Of a stretch of DNA of 64,000 nt, positions 32,541 to 41,282 are shown in pieces. This DNA comes from an uncultured cyanobacterium (GTDB lineage: Bacteria > Cyanobacteriota > Cyanobacteriia > Cyanobacteriales > Nostocaceae), in the NCBI GenBank assembly GCA_963740315.1, contig CAVUDP010000002.1, positions 3,360,001 through 3,424,000 of the forward strand. Reading direction: 5' to 3'. Below the pieces are notes generated by a model that ran no database searches, was not told where the DNA came from, and was given only the letters and a program-made list of their open reading frames with translations. Made by a program: the position numbers and the translations under genes. Every line of letters starts with the position of its first letter. Within the stretch, counting starts at the first letter, position 1.

Positions 32541-33782
32541 TTAAACCCTTTTTTGAGTAAATATTTGCTGCGTAAACTCAGTAGCCTCTTGGAATTCAGG
32601 AATTTCTTTTGCAAGCAATTCTACGAATTGATGCGGTGTTGCTTGAGGATTGTTTGCTAATACATCTTCTACAATCAAACTTGCCATTGGTCCGATGTAG
32701 TAAGCTAATTGTTGTTGACAATTTTTTATAAAGGAGGGGCTTAGTAAATTAAACTGTTTTTGTTCGGGGTTATTTTTTTGATTTATTGAGCTAATTACTG
32801 TTTGTTCAGCCTTAACATAAGATGGCTGTACTGTATGAGTTGAAACATCAGGTGGAGGTGATGTTAAAGCTTCGTTCTTAGTTTCCGAGGAAGAGAAAAA
32901 TGTATGCTGCGGTTCAATCTTTTCGAGTTGTGTAAAAACTTCTTGTGTTGTCTGGTATCTTGCTTTAGGCTTATCTGCCAACATTCTATTAAGTATTTGT
33001 GCAAGAGCATCACTGATATTAGCATATTGCCGCCAGTTACAATCGAGTGAATATCTATCTATTAAGCACGATGGATTTTTACCAGTAAGTAAGACGATCG
33101 CCGTTACTCCTAATGCATAAATGTCACTGCTTGGAGAACATAAGCCCAAACTAATTTGTTCGTGGGGGGAATATCCTACTTTCCCTACAAGAGATATATT
33201 ACTTTGAGATCCGATTTGATTTGTTCTGTTAGCTTCTTTAAGTTCGGCTATTTGTTTTCCCACACCAAAATCAATCAGCACGGGTAAATTGCTACCTTCA
33301 GGCAACATGATATTATCCGGAGAAATATCTCGATGGATTACTTGATGTTGATGGACGTATTCCAAAACTGATAATAGATTTTTTAGCCAAAATATTATTT
33401 CTTTTTCTAAAAAAGTGTTTCCTTGATTTTGACGTTCCTGCAATAGTTCTGAATAGGTTTTACCGTTAATATATTCTTGAACTAAGAACAGCCTGTTTTC
33501 TCCTTCAAAACAAGCTAAAAAGCGCGGTATTTGGGGATGCTCTAATTTATGAAGAATTTTTGCTTCTCTTTTGAACAAATCACGGCATTTTTCAAGCCCA
33601 TCGCGATCGGTAGCAAAGGGAGCAAATTCCTTGAGGACGCAAGGTTCGTTAAAGCGACGGGTATCATAGGCTAAGTAAGTTCGTCCAATTCCTCCTTGTC
33701 CAAGCATTCTCTGAATGATGTAACGACTATCAACAAAAGTTCCAGAAGCTATTTCTGATTCGATAGAAGAGGACACAACCAT
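32541..33782 (-). CDS. Hanks-type Ser/Thr protein kinase
   Basis: LGQGGIG, VLKE, HRDISPDN, IDFG, SDIYALG. An alternative TTG start lies at 33830. Confidence 0.95.
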   Translation of the reverse strand: MVVSSSIESEIASGTFVDSRYIIQRMLGQGGIGRTYLAYDTRRFNEPCVLKEFAPFATDRDGLEKCRDLFKREAKILHKLEHPQIPRFLACFEGENRLFLVQEYINGKTYSELLQERQNQGNTFLEKEIIFWLKNLLSVLEYVHQHQVIHRDISPDNIMLPEGSNLPVLIDFGVGKQIAELKEANRTNQIGSQSNISLVGKVGYSPHEQISLGLCSPSSDIYALGVTAIVLLTGKNPSCLIDRYSLDCNWRQYANISDALAQILNRMLADKPKARYQTTQEVFTQLEKIEPQHTFFSSSETKNEALTSPPPDVSTHTVQPSYVKAEQTVISSINQKNNPEQKQFNLLSPSFIKNCQQQLAYYIGPMASLIVEDVLANNPQATPHQFVELLAKEIPEFQEATEFTQQIFTQKRV

Positions 33783-34044
33783 TAATTTTTCACTCCTAGA
33801 ACTTGCTTCTATTTTATACTTAGTTTTCAATGAAAGCTTCTTATGCAGATGCGTTCTCGATCGAAGACTCGTGCGATCGATAAGGAAATTTTCGAGACAC
33901 CTTAATTTATCGGAGTTTGCGGAAAATCTTCTTTGGGGGCACCACTATTTATTCAGCATCTTAATTGTCTATATAAATTATAAAAATTTCACTAGAAAAA
34001 TGTAAACTTTAATGTAAATATTAATTAACAATTGTAAAGCAGGG

Positions 34045-34932
34045 TTAATTAGTGCTTTTTGTATTAACAGATGTGTCGGGTAGCAAAATTGCCGGTGTTT
34101 CTTTAACCCGCGTTTCTAAAGGTTTAACTTTTTCAAGTAGCTGAATAAATTGCTTATATTCAGGAACTCTGACACTAGGAATATAACCCGTATCTGCTGT
34201 AATATTTGCGGGGGCTTCACTCATCACTTTTTGTATTTGTTTTTCACGATTTCGGTCAACTGTTGGTGATATCAGTACTAATCCGGGAGGAATCCACCGA
34301 CTAGTATGGATAATTCTAAACTTAGTTTGGTTAAACTGCCGTTTAAAAATTTCAAAGTTCATTTCAGATAAAGCACCAGCATCAACGCTACCTTCTTTTA
34401 ACCATTGAAGTGATGTTTTAGGAGTAGGAGCAAAACGAATTTCACTTATAGTTAAACCGTAAAGATCGTACAAAGGAACATAATAGCCAGCGGCAGAACC
34501 TATTTGACCTAAAGCAACGGTTTTATTCGCCAAATCTGGTATTTTTTTGATTGGACTATCGTCTCGGACTACAAGTATCGAACGCTGTCTGCTACTGACT
34601 TCACCCATTGAAAACAAAGGAACGTAGAGTTGCTTATCAATGGCGATCGCGGCTAAACCAGGGGGTGCAAAAACAATATCCCATTGCTTGCGACGAATTT
34701 GGTCAATAGCTTGTAATTCGTTGTAAGCCGGTTCTAGTTCTACAATCGACTTTGTTTGTGCTGCTATGTAGTTTTTGAAGCGCTCGAATTTATCGAGTGA
34801 AAGGTCTTCTTCTCCATAACTGACTACGCCTATAGTAACTTTTTCTGGAACTGCATTTTCCGAATCGCATCCCATGCCTAAGAATGCAAGTAATATTAAA
34901 AACCAAAATCGTACAAACCTACGTGCAAACAT
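34045..34932 (-). CDS. PhnD-family periplasmic substrate-binding lipoprotein
   Basis: Lipobox LGMGC, GSAAGYYVP, VDAGALS. Confidence 0.85.
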   Translation of the reverse strand: MFARRFVRFWFLILLAFLGMGCDSENAVPEKVTIGVVSYGEEDLSLDKFERFKNYIAAQTKSIVELEPAYNELQAIDQIRRKQWDIVFAPPGLAAIAIDKQLYVPLFSMGEVSSRQRSILVVRDDSPIKKIPDLANKTVALGQIGSAAGYYVPLYDLYGLTISEIRFAPTPKTSLQWLKEGSVDAGALSEMNFEIFKRQFNQTKFRIIHTSRWIPPGLVLISPTVDRNREKQIQKVMSEAPANITADTGYIPSVRVPEYKQFIQLLEKVKPLETRVKETPAILLPDTSVNTKSTN

Positions 34933-35083
34933 ATTTTTCTATGCTTCTCTATATTTTTTACAAATACTTTTAAAACTTAATTTCCCATAAAATACTATGT
35001 GTAATTTTAGGATACCTATTGAATAACATATGCGATATCTGCTTTTTTTTAAGTAAATACATATAAATAAATTTAACAATAAT

Positions 35084-35174
35084 AGGATTTACGCAACCGC
35101 AACGATTATTAGCCATCCTAGAATTTTACATTCCCCCAACCCTCCGATAAATTGGGGGGCTTTGCGTAAGTCCT
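35084..35174. mobile_element. MITE-like element with 13-bp terminal inverted repeats
   Basis: AGGATTTACGCAA ... TTGCGTAAGTCCT (1 mismatch). The same end occurs at 17225 and about 17433. Confidence 0.6.
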
Positions 35175-35454
35175 CAAAATTAGACAATCCAGTTTTTGTG
35201 GCTTTACGTAAAACAAGTTTATTACGATGTAGTTGTTCTAGCTACTTTCAAATTAAAAAGTGCTTGCGTCTATTGGTGTCAACTGAAATTAATAATTCAT
35301 AACTAATTGAAAGACATCTTCGGAAAACATTTAACTCCATAAAACTGGATGCAACACCGAAGCCTACCTTAAACTAGAGTATAAGAGTATATCGGTTGAC
35401 TCTTCTACCAAATCATGGTAAAAATATCCTTTTTTGTTTTTGGAGTAGATTAAA

Positions 35455-35646
35455 ATGGGTGGGTTCGTTACTGTTTTACTAATAGTAGGTTATGCGGGTG
35501 GTGCTTGGAAGTTTTGGACTGGGTTTAGAAAAACTAATTTCAGCAACAGCTTCACAAATCGCCTTGCTTTATCATTGTTATGGCCAGCTTGCTTTGTTGG
35601 GAGTAAATCCTATCGGAAAAATTTTACAAAAGCGCTAAAAGGTTAA
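35455..35646 (+). CDS. Small membrane protein
   Basis: 63 aa, GGAG RBS, two hydrophobic segments. Confidence 0.75.
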   Translation: MGGFVTVLLIVGYAGGAWKFWTGFRKTNFSNSFTNRLALSLLWPACFVGSKSYRKNFTKALKG

Positions 35647-35694
35647 AGGTTATTTAAACATTTCCATGAAATACATGGGTAAACAAACAAGTTT

Positions 35695-35726
35695 GTCAGA
35701 GAACTAAAATCTCTGGCTTTTTTTTA
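35695..35726 (+). terminator. Rho-independent terminator
   Basis: GTCAGAGA-loop-TCTCTGGC followed by a T-run. Confidence 0.6.
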
Positions 35727-35777
35727 TAGAAATCAAAATAAATTGTAGCGATAGGGGGCTTTTTGGCTCGCACTAGG

Positions 35778-35984
35778 AAAGCTGTTTTTATTTGTTAAAT
35801 GAGCGAGCTTTCCGGCGATCGCTACGACAGCTTAGTAGTTAAAAAAGCTGTTTTTATTTGTTAAGCTAGCGAGCTTTCCGGCGATCGCGACGACAGCTGT
35901 TTTTCATTTGTTAAACCAGCGAGCAAGATGCTGTCCTAAGAGGACACGCTACGCGTTCACCTTACTGTGCGGCTAACGCACTAC
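35778..35984. repeat. Degenerate tandem REP-like array with nested small dispersed repeats
   Basis: Three copies of AGCTGTTTTT(C)ATTTGTTAA..AGCGAGC. The last REP, AGCGAGCAAGATGCT|CGCACTAC, is split by a 44-nt insert. Confidence 0.7.
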
Positions 35985-36153
35985 GAAAAATGATAAATTA
36001 ATATTTTTAAAAATCATTTAAAATAATTACGAAAAAGATTATAAATCATAAATAATCCAATCCCCAATGCCCATTCACGCGCAGCGTGCGGGCTTAGCCC
36101 AATCCCCAATGCCCAATTCCCATCTCGCGGAGCGTGCGGGGGTATCCCAATCT

Positions 36154-37326
36154 TTATTTCTTCCGTCTCTTAGCAAGCTGACGTACTTGCAAGTTTAATA
36201 AATAACCAAAACCAGCTTTTTCTAAACGATGCACAAATTCATCGTAATTATTTCCTAATGCTTTGGCAGTAGCTTCAAGATTCCAGTTATATTCAGCTAA
36301 TTGACTAAGTAAATAAACTCTTTTTGTTTGTGCCTTAGATAAACGAAATGTTTTTATATACTCTAATTCTCCATTTTCTCGGATGATAGCTTCTCCAATA
36401 TGATTTTCTTCTTTAAGTTGGATATCGGTAATAAACCGTTGTAATGTAAAGGGACCAGCATTGTAAACTATTTTAGATTGCAATGAACGACCTAAGATTC
36501 CTTCAGCCATAAAACCTTGAAAAGATGCCCAATCCATTCGCATTTTTTCTATAGCTAATCTTAAATTTGTTAAACTATTAATTTCCGATTCATTTACAGA
36601 CACATCCATAGGATAAGTTGTATCGTAAAGCAAACCGTATTGATAAATTAATTCGCCATAGAAATCTTCTAACAAACTCGCGTGTAATAATCGATAATCC
36701 TCCGGAGTCGGAACCACAAAAGCCGATGCTAACGCTTCCGCAACAAATACTAAAACTCCAACTTGATTGGGATAAATTTCAAATACCCGCAAAGCATCTT
36801 CTAATCGAGAAATATAACGCCCTTCAACAGCGGTTTCGTAGCGACAACCCAATCCATGTGAAAGAGCATACTTAGAATATTCACTCCAAGCAATATCGGG
36901 ACCAGAAAAAAACATCGACAGAAAACCTTCCATCGCTAAATGTAGGGGTAAAAATCTTAACTGATGATTCGATTCCCGCTTTCTCATCCGATGCATTAAA
37001 CGCACGCTACCATAACCGCGATCGAGCCGTTTACCATCAGATTCGGGTTGATTTTTTTGTCTATTCATTTGTCCTCCCAAAGCAGCCACCGGGCTACCAT
37101 CATTAGTCCAAGACATCACCAACCCGTGGGGAACGTAAGCATAATAGTTGATATTTTTTTCTAAAGAAACAACAGTTAAATCTTCATCATAAGAACGATT
37201 CATTAAACGTAAATCGCTGCGTATATTACGCCTTAATAACGGCACAATTCGCACTGCACCACGCACTTGAGAAGGTGCAATTTCTAATCCTTTCAAAGAG
37301 ATATCAGTTAATAAATTTTTTTTCAT
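36154..37326 (-). CDS. ARPP-2-like domain protein with C-terminal Fis-type HTH
   Basis: N-terminal GLEIAPSQVRGAVRIVPLLR resembles the ARPP-2 family (from memory). C-terminal LSQLAEYNWNLEATAKALG...RLEKAGF matches the Fis/HTH_8 pattern. Confidence 0.65.
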   Translation of the reverse strand: MKKNLLTDISLKGLEIAPSQVRGAVRIVPLLRRNIRSDLRLMNRSYDEDLTVVSLEKNINYYAYVPHGLVMSWTNDGSPVAALGGQMNRQKNQPESDGKRLDRGYGSVRLMHRMRKRESNHQLRFLPLHLAMEGFLSMFFSGPDIAWSEYSKYALSHGLGCRYETAVEGRYISRLEDALRVFEIYPNQVGVLVFVAEALASAFVVPTPEDYRLLHASLLEDFYGELIYQYGLLYDTTYPMDVSVNESEINSLTNLRLAIEKMRMDWASFQGFMAEGILGRSLQSKIVYNAGPFTLQRFITDIQLKEENHIGEAIIRENGELEYIKTFRLSKAQTKRVYLLSQLAEYNWNLEATAKALGNNYDEFVHRLEKAGFGYLLNLQVRQLAKRRKK

Positions 37327-37354
37327 AAAATCTCTTGAGTTTGTAGTAAGGGCT

Positions 37355-38794
37355 TTAGCCCTTATAAGAATTTAAAGAGCTAAAGCTCTTACTACGAGCT
37401 TCTAAATAATCTTCCAATTCCGATAAACAAGCCGAACCATTTGCAAATTGAGCAAAACCCAACATTGTTGGTAAATCTTGTGCATCTCGTAAACCTACGG
37501 TGGGAATATCGGCAGATAAAGGACGTAATGAAAAGTCGTCGGCGTTGAAAACAGGATTGCAGTGAACTATTGATGTACGCCCGTGGGGATCTAAACGTTT
37601 GCGAAAAATATGTAATACCTGCGCCGCACCACATGGCGGGTCGTTTTCGCAACCATCGGAAACAATTATTACTAAGTCTGCACCCCATTCCAATGCATCT
37701 AATAAAGGTGTTGCTAAGTCAGATTGTCCGCGCGAACGTACAAGCAATGCATCTTTCGGAGGTAGCGTCCAAAAATCTCGATATTCTTGAGATGCGGCTT
37801 TTAACAAGTAGTGAGTAGCTAAAGCGACACCCAAAGGACGACGACGCTTTTCGGAAGAACCGTAACTTGAATAGCTGCAATCTAAAACCGCTGCAACTTT
37901 CCCTAATTTTAAAGGTGCTTTGGTTAATGTTTTTTGAGCGGATTTTTCTAGAGCTAAACTGAGAATATCCCGTTTCTGTTTTCGAGTTTCCACGGGTAAG
38001 GAAAGAATATATAAGGCTAATTTAGTTAAAGCCAGACGACCTAAATCTAAATCTATTTTGATTTTTGCGCTTTCAGCCGCACCTTGAAAACGTAATTTCT
38101 CGTTCAAAGTCATCTTTTCTTGGATGCGCGATAAGAAAACTTCGCGCTCAATTTTATGCTTGGCTGCTAAACCCTCGGCAACAGTAAAAGGTAGTTCGTA
38201 GACTGCTTCGGCGCTAAAATGTGCTTGACGGAAGTTTTCAAATAACTTCGTTTCATAGACTTTTTGCTTCCAGTTGCGAAACAGAAAATTACTCAATTCT
38301 CCTTGAAGTTTCAAGTGTGCGTGAGTAACTATGGCTCGCACCTTAGAACGGTACTTTACCGCATCAAAATCCATATTGCGGCGAAAATTCACATAATCGC
38401 GAGCGATCGCACGGCTGCGACGGTTATTAATTTTTCGCTGTCTGAGTTGCTGTAAGATTCCCCAAGCACGCTGCGGTGGCAATTGTTGCAATGCACTAGC
38501 AATTAATGCGCCTTCTTCTTGCCGATGTTGTGAAGATGTATTTTTCCCCGTCGCTAACAGGTTTAAAATGATTTGTGCTTGATTAAAATGATTAATTCCT
38601 GCTGCCAAAGTACGAGCATATAGTAAACGGTAATTACCTAAAATATACTGGTGAAGAAAGTCAATTGACACTTTCTGTCCGTAAGCATCATCATAAAATT
38701 CTCGCTGTCCCGTACAGGATAAACAAGCATTAATAAACATCACCAAATCTTCCCGCGCAACAACTTCTGCACGGCTATTTAAAGTAGCATTCAT
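37355..38794 (-). CDS. Divergent Ro60/TROVE-like helical domain + vWA (MIDAS) protein
   Basis: MIDAS VLDCSYS and VSDGCEN. AVKYRSKVRAIVTHAHLK resembles Ro60 AVTKYKQR...LSHLK. The true start is likely the ATG at 38794, since the upstream extension is STRR-encoded. Confidence 0.75.
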   Translation of the reverse strand: MNATLNSRAEVVAREDLVMFINACLSCTGQREFYDDAYGQKVSIDFLHQYILGNYRLLYARTLAAGINHFNQAQIILNLLATGKNTSSQHRQEEGALIASALQQLPPQRAWGILQQLRQRKINNRRSRAIARDYVNFRRNMDFDAVKYRSKVRAIVTHAHLKLQGELSNFLFRNWKQKVYETKLFENFRQAHFSAEAVYELPFTVAEGLAAKHKIEREVFLSRIQEKMTLNEKLRFQGAAESAKIKIDLDLGRLALTKLALYILSLPVETRKQKRDILSLALEKSAQKTLTKAPLKLGKVAAVLDCSYSSYGSSEKRRRPLGVALATHYLLKAASQEYRDFWTLPPKDALLVRSRGQSDLATPLLDALEWGADLVIIVSDGCENDPPCGAAQVLHIFRKRLDPHGRTSIVHCNPVFNADDFSLRPLSADIPTVGLRDAQDLPTMLGFAQFANGSACLSELEDYLEARSKSFSSLNSYKG

Positions 38795-38808
38795 GGGCAG
38801 TAGGGGAA

Positions 38809-39014
38809 ATGGTGAGAGAGGGTAGAGGGGGGAGAGGGGGGAGAGGGGGTAGAGGGGGGAGAGGGGGTAGAGGGGGGAGAGGGGGTAGAGTGGTTTAGAT
38901 AGCGAGCGTCTCGCTCGCACTACAAAGATGCGGAGAAATGTTAATTTACAACTCTTAACTCCTAACTCTTAACTCCTAACTCCTAACTCCTAACTCTTAA
39001 CTCCTAACTCCTAA
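38809..39014. repeat. STRR tracts (9-nt GGGGTAGAG/GGGGGAGAG and 7-nt AACTCCT) plus one REP copy
   Basis: Visible tandem units, with AGCGAGCGTCTCGCTCGCACTAC at about 38901-38923. Confidence 0.85.
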
Positions 39015-39071
39015 CCCCGGTGGTTCCAACTATAAATCCAAAAAATCTAAAATCTAAAATCGAAGAGGGGA

Positions 39072-39155
39072 TGCTGTTCGGGGAAAGGCGGCACGACTGA
39101 CTATGACCAGTTAGAAGTGGGATTCGGAAGTCGTACCATAGTCCCGCGAACAGCA
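39072..39155 (-). ncRNA. Putative Y-RNA-like ncRNA
   Basis: GC-rich 84-nt island. UGCUGUUCG/CGAACAGCA stem, single bulged C, GGGA/UCCC, GGUACGAC/GUCGUGCC. The loop has UUCCGAAUCCC followed by CUA-ACUGGUCA-UAG. Directly upstream of the Ro60-like gene. Confidence 0.65.
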
Positions 39156-39211
39156 AGACTGATAATAATTCGTAATTATTAATTCTTAATTATTAATTCT
39201 TAGTTATTAAA

Positions 39212-39577
39212 TTAAGCGTGACAGAATTTAAAATTGAACATTTCATGTAATAAATATTCAGTAGATTCCGCAAATTCAGTCACGAAAACACCTGTTTCGC
39301 TTTCTACTTCTGATGTCAACCAAGTACCTTTTAAAACAACTTCAACCGAATCAGCATCACAATGACAGAATTCCACGATATTTTCACCGTTCAGTTTTTC
39401 TAAATCAATTAAATATGATGAATCTGCCGGGATTAAAAGAGAAGCTGTGTTAAATTCAATATAAATACTGGTAGCACTACGGATACTTAGAAGTACTCTG
39501 GTATTTATCCAATCTTCTAAAGACTGTTTTAAGCAATCTAAGCCGATATTATTGTCGGTATAAGTAAGTTTTAACAT
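39212..39577 (-). CDS. Conserved cyanobacterial hypothetical protein (alr0857-like)
   Basis: MLKLTYT...SLEDWINTRVLLSIR...L.GTWL...GVFV. Family name recalled, not searched. Confidence 0.7.
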   Translation of the reverse strand: MLKLTYTDNNIGLDCLKQSLEDWINTRVLLSIRSATSIYIEFNTASLLIPADSSYLIDLEKLNGENIVEFCHCDADSVEVVLKGTWLTSEVESETGVFVTEFAESTEYLLHEMFNFKFCHA

Positions 39578-40328
39578 GGTTACTTTTCTACATCATCGGT
39601 GAAATTATTAAGAAAACAGAAAGTAGTTAGATATTGATTTGTTTATCTGTTATACACACTATATTCGAGGCTAATTCCCTTAAGCTAATAAAAATTAAAA
39701 TATTCCGAAAGCCAGTAGCAGCAAGGATAAACGGTTAGGGGAAACTATTTAAGTTAGGGGAATCCCTTAGCTTTTGACAAAAAATTACCCTTTAATGATG
39801 TATTATTAAGATTCTGGAAAAGCAAATTACAAAATTGTTAAGTTTGAATTCACAGTATGGTTAAAAGTATAAATATATAACCTTAGAAGGATAGTTTAAC
39901 TTTTCTATTTTCAGGAGAATAAGTTTATGCTTGCTTTTACTCAACGGCTAGATTGTAGGTGTATCTCTTTTACAGCAGCACAAAGTTTTAGAAAACAGGA
40001 TGTTTATGGTAAAAGCATAAACTGCTAACATGGTGATATTTCGGATTCTTTTTTCAGGGTTATCAAGTTAGACTCGGATAGATTATTTATACCTGGGTGA
40101 AATCAACCAATTTGTTGGTCGTAGATTTTTTACTACTTTATATTCCTAGTATGAACAAAGGTCAAAATTTGCTGATTTTGATTTTCTGTATATAGGAAAG
40201 TAGTTGAATCAGCCCTTATAAAAAATGAGTTCCCATCCTCAACTATTGTTTGAAAATCACCTATAAACGCTTCAGGTTGCATCTTGGAAGCGTATTTTAC
40301 CCTCAATTAGACACAATTAGGAGAAACA

Positions 40329-40610
40329 ATGCTTCACAGTAATAATGGCGAAACTCTTTCTATCTACGAATGGTTATCTAGAGCAGGATTCCAGAATTCC
40401 GATGTATTTAAAATGGAACCGGAATTAATTCGTCATCTTCACAAACAGTGGTTTGTATACCGCGAATTAGTACAAACTTTTATGTCCGAAACTGGCTGTT
40501 CCGATCCCGGTGAGTTTGAAATCAACCATCCATATCGCACCCCTCAAGTACCTCAATCAAGTTCTTCTTATTATGTAGAAGTAGGACGTGTTAGGGCACT
40601 ATACTCCTAA
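40329..40610 (+). CDS. Hypothetical protein
   Basis: 93 aa with a strong AGGAG RBS upstream. Confidence 0.6.
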   Translation: MLHSNNGETLSIYEWLSRAGFQNSDVFKMEPELIRHLHKQWFVYRELVQTFMSETGCSDPGEFEINHPYRTPQVPQSSSSYYVEVGRVRALYS

Positions 40611-40710
40611 AGGTTAAAGTATATATATGTACAATAATCGTAACGCACCATTTTCTCTACAGTGCGTTACGAAGTTGTTTAATAAAAAACAACCTGTAAG
40701 AAAAAAATAA

Positions 40711-41196
40711 TTAATTAGCAAGCAATTCCTGCAACTTGCTCAATACTTTCTCAACATGACCTTTGGTTCTTACGTTAGTCCAGATATAAGCTAAGTTACC
40801 ATCAGGTGAAATCAAAAAAGTTGAACGGACAACTCCCATATATTCCTTACCCATAAACTTTTTCAACTTCCATACACCATAAGCTTCGCATATTTGGTGT
40901 TCCGGGTCGCTTAAAAGCTGAATTGATAAATTGTGTTTGTCAATAAATTTGCAGTGAGATTGTTCGGAATCGGGACTAATTCCTAAAATTTTCGCTCCCA
41001 AATCGTTAAATTTTTGCGAGTATTCGCTGAAGTCTTTTGCTTCCACGGTACAACCTGGTGTATCGTCTTTGGGATAAAAATAGAGAACAAGCCAACTAGA
41101 TTGGAAATCTTCTAACTTTACCAATCCATTTTGGTTTGTTGCGCTAAATGATGGCGCTTTTTCTCCCGTTTTGGGAATTTCGGTAATCTCTGACAT
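40711..41196 (-). CDS. bcp: Thioredoxin-dependent thiol peroxidase (BCP/PrxQ)
   Basis: LYFYPKDDTPGCTVEA and VVRSTFLI. Confidence 0.95.
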   Translation of the reverse strand: MSEITEIPKTGEKAPSFSATNQNGLVKLEDFQSSWLVLYFYPKDDTPGCTVEAKDFSEYSQKFNDLGAKILGISPDSEQSHCKFIDKHNLSIQLLSDPEHQICEAYGVWKLKKFMGKEYMGVVRSTFLISPDGNLAYIWTNVRTKGHVEKVLSKLQELLAN

Positions 41197-41282
41197 AGGG
41201 GGAAGAGGGGATGGGGGGATGGGGAGATAGGGAGAAAATTATTAACTCATAACTCTTAACCTTTAACCTTTAACCTTTAACC

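Noticed and set aside
35778..35930. Possible mini-CRISPR downstream of the Ro-like operon
   Set aside because: The intervening segments are themselves near-identical REP/HIP1-containing sequence, not unique spacers.
38795..38920. N-terminal PLYPLS-repeat extension of the vWA protein
   Set aside because: Translation of a 9-nt STRR and a REP. The ATG at 38794 is the more plausible start.
39072..39155. tRNA gene
   Set aside because: No anticodon arm or cloverleaf. The T-like motif precedes the D-like motif, and the ends form a long bulged helix.
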